Positions 24,526 through 38,300 of a DNA stretch of 64,000 bases are shown here, one piece after another; the first letter of the stretch is position 1; each line of letters opens with the position of its first letter. This stretch comes from Octopus sinensis (taxonomy: Eukaryota): the NCBI RefSeq assembly GCF_006345805.1, contig NC_042998.1, positions 100,626,001 through 100,690,000 on the forward strand. The letters run 5' to 3'. Position numbers and translations under genes: made by a program. A model generated the notes under the pieces. That model was not told where the DNA came from. It saw nothing but the letters and a program-made list of their open reading frames with translations, and searched no databases.

Positions 24526-25230
24526 ATGGCCCCAAATAAGTCGAAGAAGGGAAAAGCTAGACATCAGGAAATGAGAAAATTTACTAACCAACGCATAAGT
24601 AAAGACAACTACAAATCTACCAAGTATGAAGTTAAGATATCCAAAAGGTTAGTTTCTATCTTACGACATAATGCTAAGAAGATGAATATTAAAATGGATC
24701 CAAGAGGCTTTGTTAAAGTAAATGATTTGCTGAAGAGAAATGAATTTAGGAATTTAGATCATAATGCCATCAAGCATATTGTGGAAACCAATGACAAGCA
24801 GAGACTTTCTTTAAAACATGAAGGCAACGAGCTATTAATTCGAGCAAATCAAGGTCATTCAATGCATATAGAAAATCTTGCTTTGAAACCAATATTAAAA
24901 GGAGATAATTTCGATAATGTAATTCATGGAACCTATCTCAAAGCGTGGAAAAGCGCAATCAAAAAGGAAGGCCTGAGCAGAATGAACAGAATGCACATCC
25001 ATTTTGCCATTGGAGAACCCGGTGAACGTGGAGTGATTAGCGGCATGCGCTCATCTTGTCAGGTTATGATTTATTTAAATCTGGATTTAGCTTTAAATGA
25101 TGGACTGACATTTTTCTTATCCGAGAACAATGTAATCCTCACTGAAGGAGATAAGGATGGATTTGTTAGACCAAAATATTTCCAAAAAGTCATCGATAGA
25201 AAGTCGAGACGGTGTCTCTTGGCCCAATAA
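24526..25230 (+). CDS. TRPT1: tRNA 2'-phosphotransferase 1 (Tpt1/KptA family), single coding exon
   Basis: Uninterrupted ORF with family motifs SKRLVSILRH, NDKQRL, IRANQGHS, IHGT, GLSRMNRMHIHFA, ISGMR and SENNVILTEG. Probable start MAPNK at 24526; the upstream in-frame ATG at 24388 adds a UTR-like extension. Confidence 0.93.
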   Translation: MAPNKSKKGKARHQEMRKFTNQRISKDNYKSTKYEVKISKRLVSILRHNAKKMNIKMDPRGFVKVNDLLKRNEFRNLDHNAIKHIVETNDKQRLSLKHEGNELLIRANQGHSMHIENLALKPILKGDNFDNVIHGTYLKAWKSAIKKEGLSRMNRMHIHFAIGEPGERGVISGMRSSCQVMIYLNLDLALNDGLTFFLSENNVILTEGDKDGFVRPKYFQKVIDRKSRRCLLAQ

Positions 25231-25785
25231 ATGGAACTTTGCGTTTAACGTACCCATTTTACTTCAGTAAATAGTTTCACTTTGTTTTTCTCATTCTTTG
25301 TAATTCTAAACGACCATTTTCATACTTATACTTTTGTTGCTTAGGATGGGAGAGAGGTGTAATTATAGAGAGATTTTGTGGGTTTTTTTTTCTACAGAAA
25401 TCCAGTTTTTCGATTTCATAAAAATACCTTTGCGCGCATCAGTACTAATGTTCGCTAGTAGTACCGAAACGGCGTACATTACGGCTATAAAGTAATTTGT
25501 GGGAAGTGGGGAGAAGATTTTCGGAAAATTCCCAAGATCCGAATTTTTCTTCGTCATATGCCCAAATCAAATTTAACTTTCTACAGATACCTTAGCGTAG
25601 TACTACTATACTACGTAGTGTTTATTTCTACCCACTTTCAATAATTTTTAATGTTTTGGCTTCAATTTTGTTTCATTTTCAATTACTTTTACGCTTTTTT
25701 AACCCTTCGTCGTTATTACTCTCTCTCTCTATATATATATATACACACACACACATATATAAATATACCTACACACACACATATA

Positions 25786-25817
<32 letters not shown>

Positions 25818-26803
25818 CGGCATAGTTTCGCCAGCTACGACATGCGAAACTTCGCCATATATATATATATATATATACACATGTACATACAGTTACGAGG
25901 GAAAAACTCGGATCTTGTGAATTTTCCGAAGTTCTCTCCCCTCCCTCCCGTTGCTTTGTGCGCATTTTTTTTTTTATATTCGTTTCCTATACAAACATTA
26001 ACCAAGGTTAAAGTTTTTCTTTTTCGGTAATTAATATTTAGAAAGTTGATCATCGGTTTGGCTGTTGTTTCTAGCTTGTCGGACTTTCCGGTTGGAGCTT
26101 ACTGAAAAAGTGAAGATTTTGAAAAACTTTAAAACGCGATTCGTCGCTTAACTGCTGTTTCTAGCATGTCGGGTTTTCTGTTTCCGTACTTTTTACGTCT
26201 GCTATTTTAGTATAATTCTACGCAAGCGTGTAATACCAGACAAAAGTGAAACATTAGTAGAGAAAACACTTTAAATTCACTTTGTCACAGACGCACGGGC
26301 GGAGTGGGAGGGGGGGTATTTTAATCTATTTTTTAAATTGAAATTTTATAATTTTTTTTCTAGAATCATTAATACGTATACTCAGTAATATACATGGTGG
26401 AAGTTAACTCGTGACCGAGTAATATCTCTTCATAAACTTTGTGAGTCCGTGCATACATTCCGAGAGTTCAAGTTCTTGTATGTGAATTCGAGTAAATAAA
26501 GTTGTATGTACATCCATACATTACTACAAGAATAAAAAATGTAATTGCTTGTAGAAAGATTGTTTTATAAGGCATTCATGTTTTCTTTATTTTATTAATA
26601 CCATTACGTGGCTGCTATTCCGTACACTAATCTATCCCGTGGTTTGACGACACGCGTTGTACTGCGCTAGATATAGGAGTGGAGTATTGGACGCACAACT
26701 GAGCCAAAGTTCAGTTGTGCGAGGTACTACTGAACTTTGATTATACGTGTTGCGCTTAACAATAAATATCTACTCTCCCTCTCTCTCTCTCTATATATAT
26801 ATA

Positions 26804-27604
26804 CAGTCAACTCTCGCTACTATGCCACCCTGCAGGACTGAGCCAAAGTGGCATAGTACCAAGGGTCTGTTATCTAAACGCTACATAACCAAAAATTTAC
26901 TGAACATACGAATAAAAATTCATAGGGTAGGAAGTAAGGCCAATAAGAAGTTCAATGCAATGGTAAAAAGAAGACATCCAAGTTTATTAAGTTCAGATTG
27001 CTTTTAGTTAATCCCGAAACTCTCAAAAATTGTCGGCTGACGCATCTTCTTTCGGCGGATTTCATTCATTTCCTTGTCTAGCCTATCACACGCCTGCATG
27101 ACGCTGGGTTTTCCGATGCTCTGCTGCTGCATAAACTTTCGGATAGTGCTCCATGCTCTTTGGGCATCTGCAAACGAAACGTATTCCTCTTCCACAATTA
27201 CCTCGTCGTCTTCACTTTCCATCGGCTCTTCGTTATGCATTACCTCCTTTGCTATTTCTTCTAGAGTGAAACATGTCGGACAATACAAGGGGCGATAACT
27301 TGTATCAGATATTACTAATGATACGAGGGGCCCGACAATAACGTTTTTCGCAGCATCGATAATCTCCTTTTCCTTCAGCGTAAACTCAGTCCGCTTGCGT
27401 TTCTGAGCTGACATTGTGTGCTACTTTCTGAACTTTTCCACAAGATTACAAATACGAAATGTACAAAATGTAGGAGTACAAAATTTCGAAAAGTTGCGTG
27501 CGCTTCAGTTTACAAGTGGCATAGTAGCGAGAGGTGGCATAGTAAAAATTTTTTGCTTATTATTTGGCATAGTAGCGAGGTGGCGTAGTAGCGAGAGTTG
27601 ACTG
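26804..27604 (-). mobile_element. Internally deleted Tigger/pogo DNA transposon
   Basis: TIRs CAGTCAACTCTCGCTACT / AGTAGCGAGAGTTGACTG with TA flanks. Subterminal TGGCATAGTA repeats. ORF 27004..27414 joins a CENP-B-like N-terminus (KRKRTEFTLKEK) to the acidic C-terminal tail (ending RQPTIFESF), with no DDE domain. Confidence 0.9.
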
Positions 27605-27826
27605 TATATATATTCAAAATGTGACCGCGTGTGTACCGATGGCGATTTTTTTCCCTCTGTCTTCCCTTCTCTGGATCTTTCCTTCTCCTATGTTTCCAAC
27701 GAAGAGCTCTGCTCGAAACTTTAAACCCTCCTTCTTTCCTTCTTTTCTGAGCGTCCAATAATACTATATTTGTTCCACATCCTCGCATTGTTGTGTTTTT
27801 TTTGTGCTTTCATGTTTGGATTAACT

Positions 27827-27896
<70 letters not shown>

Positions 27897-27931
27897 TATA
27901 TACTTCAAAAGCAGCAGAAATATAATAAAAG

Positions 27932-27967
27932 CTGTTACTCAGTTTCACGTTCCCGTTCGTCGGACAG
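27932..27967 (-). ncRNA. Variant type I hammerhead (CCGACGA core)
   Basis: Minus strand reads CTGT-CCGACGA-ACG GGAA CGT-GAAA-CTGAG-TA-ACAG. Same family as the pair at 18938-19038. Confidence 0.55.
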
Positions 27968-28731
27968 TTTATATATATATATATATATTATATATATATA
28001 TAGGAGAATTCCCCCCCACCAAAAAAAAAAGATGAAGACCGGTGGTGTAGACAACAAACAGATGTATTAGTATAACGTTCGGGAAGTGAAAAAGTCTTAA
28101 ACGTTTCGAGTCTACGCTCTTCCACACAAAGGAACAAGGAGAGAAAATTAAAAATGTGTTGTGACTAGCGATCTATCATGGTTAACTATATATAGGCATA
28201 ACTACTGATTCCTGCCCTCCTCGAATTTGGATGATCATAACTTTAAGAAAAATGAATATTTTTTAAGGAAATTTTCTACTAATATGTGTTATATTATGTA
28301 GATTCCGAACATACAAAACTTTTTTGGGGAAAGTGCTTTAGGAGGGGGTGTGGTGGTGGATTTCGAAAAATTCATCTTAACTTGCAAGAAAATAGATACT
28401 TTTTAGTGAAATTTTCTACAAATATACCTCAGACTATGTAGATTCCGAGAAGGTTGCCCAGAGTGACTCAAGCAAATACTAATAAATGGTAGATGCAGCA
28501 ACATGTTGCAATGGTGCAACCCCCATGCCCGACCTGATCTGCTTGGATTCTGTTGCATAATAGGTGTGAAGAAAACTTAACATTATTCTTAAATTCTTGT
28601 GTATAGCACATTCTTTTATAACTTATTTTATTGTTAATTTAATAATCTGTAATCATTAATTGAGAGTAAGAGACACCAACAATGATGTAGAATTATGCTA
28701 TCAATTAGTCATTGAGATGGTATTCATATAT

Positions 28732-28940
28732 GAAGGGGTATTGAAAAGTTCCTGTAAAAGAAAATACAGGAAGATGAGTTAATTATGATTTTATTCAGCG
28801 CATTCCCCTCTCAGATTCACACACTTATTGCAGCAGTCCTTCAGTTTTTCTAAGCCCTGTAAAAGAACTTTGATGGTCAGGCCTCCAACCAGACCTTTTG
28901 CAATACTCTTAAAGCCAGGAACTTTTCAGCACCCCCTTGT
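28732..28940. mobile_element. Mariner-type MITE
   Basis: GAAGGGGTATTGAAAAGTTCCTG at the left and CAGGAACTTTTCAGCACCCCCTT at the right, with TA flanks. Confidence 0.75.
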
Positions 28941-29257
28941 AGATTTACAAAAATTTGGCTAGGGACACATACACACACAAACATATTTACTTTCCTTTGT
29001 AATCGCATCAAAGAAGCATTGCATTTAGTTACACTGGCTTTGGTGAAATTTCTCCCGCAAACTCTTGACTTCAGTTCTGCTACTTACCCTCAATTTTCCT
29101 CTACGATGTTGGATATGGAATATTAATGAAGGTTACAATACAGCTTACCATTACCATCAAACCATAGAAGAAAATACTTCAAGAAGTTATTTGCAATTCT
29201 CTCTGTTCAGAAATTGAAGGCAATTGTCATTGATGCTAAATTATTGAAATTTTTGTT

Positions 29258-30283
<1,026 letters not shown>

Positions 30284-30811
30284 TTAGTTGACATCCTGCA
30301 AATATTCATTTGTCACCTTGCATTCGATACATAAATATATTTATTTTATGTGAGATTTCTTTGTTTAATTAAATTAATAATAGCAGCAAAATTTCTTGTA
30401 TCTTCTTCCAGACAATGTGCAACCATAGATGTTAAAATATTATCATCATCATCACATTGTTTAACATCCATTTTTCCATGCTGCCATAGGTTGAATGGTT
30501 CCACAGGAACCAACAATGTCAGAAAGCTGCATTAAGTTTCAATGTCTGCTTTGACATAGGTTTCTAAAGCTGGATGCCCTTCCAAATGCCAACCACTTTA
30601 CAAAGTGAACTGGGTGATTTTTTTGTGGCAACAGCACTCATGGGGTCACCAAGTACTTGCAAGACAAAATCCCTCTACTGAGCAGGGAGAGAGAGAAAAA
30701 GACGGAGAGAGTGTACTTTTAAGGTACAAGGTGAATATGAGAGAGAGAATAGGTATAGAGGAACAGAAAAGGTAGGTGTGTAGATTACATTTAAAGAACA
30801 GGGATTTTTTC

Positions 30812-31190
30812 GGAGTTGCTGTGTGGTAAGTAGCTTGCTTACCAACCACATGGTTCTGGGTTCAGTCCCACTGCGTGGCACCTTGGGCGGCAAGTGTCTT
30901 CTACTATAGCCTCGGGCCAATCAAAGCCTTGTGAGTGGATTTGGTAGACGGAAACTGAAAGAAGCCCGTCGTATATATTTTGTGTGTCTGTGTTTGTCCC
31001 AGCCCCCAACATCGCTTGACAACCGATGCTGGTGTGTTTACGTCCCCGTAACTTAGCGGTTCGGCAAAAGAGACCGATAGAATAAGTACTATGCTTACAA
31101 AGAATAAGTCCTGGGGTCGATTTGTTTGACTAACCGCAGTGCTCCAGCATGGCCGCAGTCAAATGCCTGAAACAAGTAAAAGAGTAAAAT
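30812..31190 (+). mobile_element. tRNA-derived SINE, family A, near full length
   Basis: GGAGTTGCTGTGTGGTAAGTAGCTTGC...GGTTCAGTCCC...AAACAAGTAAAAGAGTAA. Confidence 0.88.
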
Positions 31191-31522
31191 TGAGAGTATT
31201 GCTAAGAGAAATAACTCTAGAACGTTTTGAGAGTTATTTCCCTTACACAAAATACTTTTAACTTGTCTCAAGTTTTTGTCCCAACAAGTGACAAATCTTA
31301 GTGCCTATTACATAAGTAAGAGTTTAAGCTGGAAATATACTGTTTTTTTTTCTATTCAATCAATTGAACAAACTTACGAAGGGAAAATAATCTAAATATG
31401 TTCCTAAGTAACAATGGACTTCATGTCCTGTTGAGATCATCCTTGTAGAGTCGATGAAATATAGTATCATTGAAATCTCTAGCTGTTTGCCAACGTAGGA
31501 AATTATCATCATCAGTATTATT

Positions 31523-32520
31523 AAGGTGGTGAACTGCCAGAGTTGTTAGCATACTGGACGAAATACTTAGTGGTATTTTGCCCATTGCTATGTTCTGAAT
31601 TCAAATTCCACCGAGGTTGACTTTGCCTTTTGTCCTTTCGGGGTTGATAAATTAAGTACCAGTAAAACACTGGGGTTGATGAAGTTGACTAGCACCCTCC
31701 CACAAAATTTCAGGCCTAGGAGAAAGAATGGTTTAAGGCTTATTATTATTTTTAAGGTGGCAAGCTGGCAGAATCGTTAGCCTGCCGGACGAAATGCTTA
31801 GTGATATTTTGTCTGCCGCGATGTTCTGAGTTCAAATTCTGCTGAGGTCAGCTTTGCCTTTCTTCCTTTCGGGGTTGGTAAAATAGGTACCAGTTGAGTA
31901 ATGGAGGCAATGTAATCGACTATACCCCTCCCCCAAATTTCAGGCCTTGTGCCTATAGTAGAAAGGATTATTATTAAAGAAGGTGGTGAGCTGACAGAGT
32001 TGTTAGCATGTTGGATGAAATGCTTAGTGATATTTTGCCCATCACTATGTTCTAAGTTCAAATTCTGCTTATTATTATTTTTAAGGTGGCAAGCTGGCAG
32101 AATCGTTAGCCTGCCGGACGAAATGCTTAGTGATATTTTGTCTGCCGCGATGTTCTGAGTTCAAATTCTGCTGTGGTCAGCTTTGCCTTTCATCCTTTTG
32201 GGGTCAATAAATCAAGTACTAGTAAAACACTGGGGTTAATGTAATTGATGAGTTTCCTCCCACAAAATTTCAGGCCTTGTGCCTATATTAGAAAGGATTA
32301 TTATTATTATTAAGGTGGTGAGCTGGCAGAATTATTAGCACTCCGGACAAAATGCTTAGTGATATTTTATCTGCTATGTTCTGAGTTCAAATTCTGTCAG
32401 TGTCGACTTTACCTTTCATCCTTTCAGGGTTAATTAAATAAGTAACAGTTACACACTGGAGTCAATGTAATTGACAAGCTCCCTTCCCTGCCAATATTTT
32501 CAAGGCCTTGTGCCTAGAGA
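31523..32520 (+). mobile_element. Head-to-tail array of five family-B SINEs
   Basis: Heads AAGGTGG(T/C)(G/A)A(G/A)CTG..AG at about 31523, 31753, 31980, 32083 and 32312, separated by (ATT)n tails. The array ends in (AAT)n. Confidence 0.88.
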
Positions 32521-32523
32521 TGA

Positions 32524-32564
<41 letters not shown>

Positions 32565-32899
32565 TAAATAGTTTAAAAAGGATTGACGAAACTCTTCATA
32601 AAGGTAAACAGACAAGACGAAGAGCATGATGTGATTGCAATAGATATTTTATGGTTGAATTATATTTTGACAGCAAGCCTGTCTTTGTTGAGTTCAAAGT
32701 AAAAAGTGATAAAAATTCAAAATTATACAAATTCAAATCTAAAGTATGAATGGGAGCAACTAGCGTCCATATGTTGATGGAATGACATCATCAGTTTTTA
32801 AATTTCAATTTTATAACAGGCGGAAAGAAAAAGACAGAAAAAAAGGAAAGGAAAAAGAAGGCGGACATTAAATGATGATGATGATGATGATGACTCAAT

Positions 32900-34280
32900 C
32901 AAACAGTTTTGTGTAAATTTGATGATATTCCCCTGTCATTTTATTCAATCATCCAGGGTGTGATGTTAATAACCTGCAAACATATTTCTCTTCATGTATT
33001 TTGAGTATTGAAAGAGAAACAGTCAGAATATTTTCTGAGAATATGCACTTTCAAGTCTTTTACAAAATTGCAGCTGTTTGAAACAAAATGTTTGGCAAGT
33101 TCTGTTGAACTACTGTTATTGTGCCTGATGTCAAATCTGTGCCCATTAAATCTTTCTTTTTTTAAATTGTACTGTTGTACAACCAACATAAATCAAGTTG
33201 TGTTTTATGCATTCTGCCACATAGACAAGGGGTTGTGCCATGGGTACCCCCATGGCAGTCAATTTCACTAATGTCTTCATGACGAAATTTGAGACGCAGT
33301 TACTGAAGAAATTCAAATCCCTACATGGACATCAACCAATAATCTGGTTACGGTTCATTGATGACATCTTTTTTTTTTGTCTGGGAAGGATCACAGGATA
33401 GTTTAATTGACTTGTTGCATTTCTGTGACTCTTATGCTAAAAACAATGGCTTTAAGTCTAACATAAAATTTACGTATAGTTTTTCAAAAATTGCATTGAA
33501 TTTTTGGACACAAAAGTTAAGTTTTCTCTAGGCAAAATAGTGATAGGGTTATTTTCGAAAACCCATGTCATCACACATTTATCTCCACTGCCACACCAAT
33601 CATCCACATCATATAATTCAGTCAAATTCGATATCCCAATTTTTGAGGATAAAATGGATTTGTATAGAAATAGGGGATTACTGGAAACATGCAAATGCTT
33701 TTGTACACCATTATTTCAAATGCAGTTACAGTGAATCACAATTAAAGGAAATAGCAAATGAGACAGCTAAGACTAGCAAAGAAAGTCAAACCTTCACACA
33801 TAATTGTAGCAAACACAATGCAATATGTGACAGAATTCCTTTAGTGATTAACTGGCACCGAAATTTCCCTAGTATTTCAAAAGTATTGCATGAAAGTCAC
33901 CAGCATGTTGTGGGACAGTATCCTCATTTCAAACAGATATTTCATCCGCTGCCTCTTGTAGCCTTTAGACAGAATATAAATATAAGAGAGCTGTTGACCT
34001 CTATTTCTGACTCCAAGAAAACTAACATTGGAGTATCTGCACACTGTACCTTGAAAAATAGCCACAGGAGAAGTAAGCCTTGTTCATTGTGCAGCAACAT
34101 GAGTGAAGTGAATTCCATTAGGAATCATAACAGAAATGTTATGATTTATACAGGTGTGACATGTAGAGATTCCCATTTGGTTTACGTGGCAGAATGCATG
34201 AAACACAACTTGATTTATGTTGGTTGTACAACAGAACAGTTAAAGAAAAGAAAGATTTAATGGGCACAGATTTGACGTAG
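32900..34280 (+). mobile_element. Truncated Penelope-like element with an inverted 3'-end duplication at its 5' side
   Basis: On +, about 33224-34280: MGT, W.RFIDDIF, FLDTKV, VYVAEC..LIYVGCT (GIY-YIG). Region 33123-33223 is the reverse complement of about 34180-34280 and continues the GIY-YIG on the minus strand (RFNGHRFD...ELAKHF). Confidence 0.82.
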
Positions 34281-34309
34281 AATATTTTCATTGGATGTGG
34301 CCTGTTTAA

Positions 34310-35363
34310 CCCTTTCATTACTAACCCGGCTGAAACCGCCTCTGGCTCTGTAATACAAATGTCTTGTATTTTTCATACGTTTTGAATTAAAATCTTCCAC
34401 CAAACCTTAGTCACAATTTATCTTCCTAACACTAGCTGAATGATAACTAAGTTATTTTACTAAATTCTTTGTTATAATAATAATAATTATAATAATAATG
34501 AAATTATTGTATACAGTGCTCAGGTGCACCACAACTTGTCAGAAAGTGCATATAAAGTACATGCAGTAATGTACAAATGTCTGGAAAGCGAACAATGTAT
34601 GAGTCAGATACATGCCTGTGTGTGTATGGAGGGGAGAAAATCAGGTGTAGTGTTGGCGAATCTCAGAAAGCATGGAAGTTTTGAAGGATGCAGTGCTCCG
34701 ACAACTAACAACTTATGCCGGCAGTTTGTTCCATGCTTCAGCAACTCTCAGCGTGAAAAAATGTTTCCTGAAGTCATGGGAGCTGTGCTGTTTTCTGACT
34801 TTGTAAATATGTCCACGGGTGTTAGATGGGTGGAGTTTGAAAAGGTGCTCAGAGTTATTGTTTGTACGATGGTTGATAATTTTATGGGTGTCTGCCAAGT
34901 CAGCTGCCAGACGTCGGAGTTTCAATGTGTCCATGCCCAGGGAAGTAAGGCATTCAGGATATGGCAAATGCCCGATGGAGGGTATTCTTTTGGTTGCACA
35001 TCGCTGAACAGCTTCCAGACGATTGATATCCTGGGCAAGATAGGGGTTCCAGACCGGTGATGCAAATTCCAGGTGAGGTCTTACCATAGCTATATAAAGC
35101 CGCAGATAGATAGTCGGAGAGCGGCTCACAAAGGATTTGGTGAGTGATGCCAAGACACCCTCAGCCTTCTTGACAATTTTAGCGATGTGTTTTGTCCAAC
35201 GCAAATCACTGTCGACAATAACACCCAGGCCACGTTCACATGAAGACTTTTTGAGACCAGTGTTGTGGAGGGAGTAGGTGGACGCTGGGTTTCTCCTCCC
35301 AAAATATTTTAAGTGATTGAAAGAAACACAGAGCATCTCAAAATAAATATGGTAACAAAAGGG
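34310..35363. mobile_element. TTAA-flanked (piggyBac-type) MITE carrying a CR1 insertion
   Basis: TTAA-CCCTTTCATTAC at the left and GTAACAAAAGGG-TTAA at the right. Confidence 0.7.
34480..35305 (-). mobile_element. CR1-type LINE 3' fragment
   Basis: ORF 34713..35336: ERGLGVIVD, VRPHLEFASPVWNP, LEAVQRCATK, NTRGHIYK, RKHFFTLRV..WNKLP. (ATT)n tail. Confidence 0.9.
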
Positions 35364-38300
35364 TTAAATGCTAAAGGGTTAAAAAAAACACCCCTCATTA
35401 CCTCATAATGGGGTACTGAAGGGTGTGTGTTGAATTTTAGAGGATTTTAAGATTATTTTGGATATATTTTATTTAGAAATTATTGACATATGGACATGGT
35501 AGCAAAATATAGAGCTTGAAGTCAGTATATCTACCTCTCAACTGATGACAATCTACCCTCTACTGCCATTATGCCAAATGCATCCACCTACTTGTGTCAT
35601 GGGGACCTTATTCCCAGCCATCTCGGACTACTTGTCTAAGCTTCCTCTCCCTAACTACATAATGAGAACAACCTTTGTGCACAGTCATGCTATATTACAA
35701 CCATCGTGGACTCCCTAAACTAAATCTTCTTATCTCAACATGAAGATGACAATCTTTATTCACATCAGCATTCTTAGACTGACACTGTGAATGTCTTGGC
35801 AACATTATTTGCAAGACATGCCTTTTCAGAAATAGAGAAGACAACCCATTTAAGAATAAAAACCAAGACTATGTAGATTTGACACTTTAGTCTTGTTGTA
35901 GATAACTATTCTAGTACTTGCAGCATGATCAATCCATTCCATGCAGTAAAGCAGTGGGTCTCTAGTCAAAAAAGACAACATCAACAATAATTGATAACAG
36001 ACACAACAGGTAGTAAGACTGTCCAAACATGCTAGAATAGAAAAATAAACAAAAAGACAAAAACATTAAATAAACTTCATATTTATTATCAAAAATACAA
36101 TAAACTTTTGTCTTGGGGATACAGGGGTTCAATTTAAACAGCACATTTCATTTCAAGAGCCCATTTTCTCATTACCAAGGTAATGGGATGATGATGGGAT
36201 AGACAATGAGAATTTTTAAAATTTCTTATTTATTAAAATTTGCTCATTTTAATGATCAAATGCTTTCTTTATTTTTAATATTTTTTTTACATTTACATTT
36301 TGATATTGTATATAAAATTTCATCTCTGTAATACTTTCCCATGTAATCCAGGAAGAATCATTGTCAACAATTGAAAATAATTATATAAATATTTTTGCTA
36401 TTAAAGATATAAAAATATTTTTTTTTCTATAACTTTATCATTTCCTACTATTTTCTAACTTTTTTTTGTATAGACAACTTTTGCAGTGTCTTAATAGTTA
36501 AGTAGATTAAATAAAAATGGTTTTATCCTTTGAGACTGTATTGAAGTTAAAGGAAGATTGTGATGATGCAGTTAACAGACACCTTTGCTAATAATTCAGT
36601 TTAAGCAGACCTTAATTACCAGTTTATTTTTTTGTGATAAAACTGTGCAAATAGTAATTATCATTATAAATATTATTTGCACAATTTTAGGTGTAAAATT
36701 TTTTGGGCAGGGGTTAGTTGATATGTACACATACATACATATAAAGAACAAAAATATACAATTTAGGATTTCTGAGATATTTTGAAGTAGGTAGTTGCAT
36801 ACCATCTCCATATTGGCACATCGAACAGATTCCCATCTCAGTCTTTGCACCAACAGTTTTACCAAACCTTCTAAAATTTCATTCTTCTACTACAGATATT
36901 GACATGTTGTTTGGTGTATTGCTAAAGGAGTAGTTCCCTTGTAAGCTTGTCAGTCACACAGCTTCAGGTGTGGATAGAAGCACTGGTCTCCTACTACTAC
37001 CCAGGCTTCATTTTTGGCTCCCAGAAGTGTGTGGTGTGCACTCTGCCATACCATGGTACCTCACATCAGCTACTGAGCAAAGCTAAGTTGAGGGTATCAG
37101 TACTATCATAAGGATAGTTATATAGGGGACACCGCTCCTTAGCTACACGAAGATTGAAATGGCAGATGGGGCAGAAGAACTAAATATGATTAATGACTGA
37201 GAAGGCATAATAGAAAAATGAAAGGTGCATTTAAGGTACTCTTTTAATTGAATACAAACTTGTGGTCATCCTCCATTGAAGCGATTGGAACCCCAACCCC
37301 ACCATGTACATAATTGCACCTGTAGTAAATCATGGATCTTGGATTACCCAAATGGAAATCCTTGATCTACAGAAAGAAGATAATACCTAAGAATAAAAAA
37401 GAAAAATTGATTTAAGGTGTTCAAACTAAACCTTATCAATCTCATCAGCTTTGGTCTTTAAGGGTCTGCAAAGGATATGAACACTGACATCCTTCTTCCT
37501 TATTTATCCAGAAAAGAAAAAAAAAGGAAATATAATTTTCATATTTTCTAAAAAAAAAAATGTTTTTAATTTCTAATTAATTTTATGATTAATTCTCTAA
37601 AAACATGCAAAATTTATAAATTGTAAACAAATTTTGATTTCAAATCAGCATTTAAAAAATAAAGTTCAACGCTAACCACTCTTTTTTTTAACTTTGCATC
37701 AACAAAGAATCATGGTTAAAATTATACCATAGTGTTTCATATATTCCCTATGTCGGTCCTCTGTATTATCACAAGGCATTACCTAAAACACAGAAATAGC
37801 TTCTAAGCTGCATTTTTAATCTGCATAATTTACTGATGCTTGAACTTCAATGACTGCTGATATGTTTTAGGTCCTTGAGGAATATATATATATATACACA
37901 CGCACAAAAAAAACAACTCAACAACAAATAATTTTGTTAACCTTCCTCATATTCATAGCAACCATGAAAAACAAACACAACGAATCAATGAGGGAGCTTC
38001 TTTACAGTTGCTTGATCTGAGCAAACCATTCAACAACACAATTCATGGTAAAAATATTTACAAAATTTAAAAAAAAAAAAGAAAAAAGAAAAAATTCTAA
38101 AATTCATTTGTTAACTGAGAGACCTTTGAAAAATTTCTTTTCATGTAATAATGTTTAAAAAATAAAAGTTATTATTAGAAACATTCTTCATTGAAATCAT
38201 GGAGAGAAGCATAATGATTTCAAATGGAGAATTGGAACTAGGCAAGTAAACCTACATTTGTATCTGTTTTAACAGCTCTTCTTTTGATACAGGATTCGGT

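Noticed and set aside
31523-32520. Regularly spaced repeats resembling a CRISPR array
   Set aside because: The units are about 200-bp tRNA-SINEs in eukaryotic DNA, with no unique spacers and no cas genes.
35400-37380. Unique-looking sequence as a further gene
   Set aside because: No convincing ORF. It may be 3' UTR or lncRNA, but the sequence alone cannot support that.
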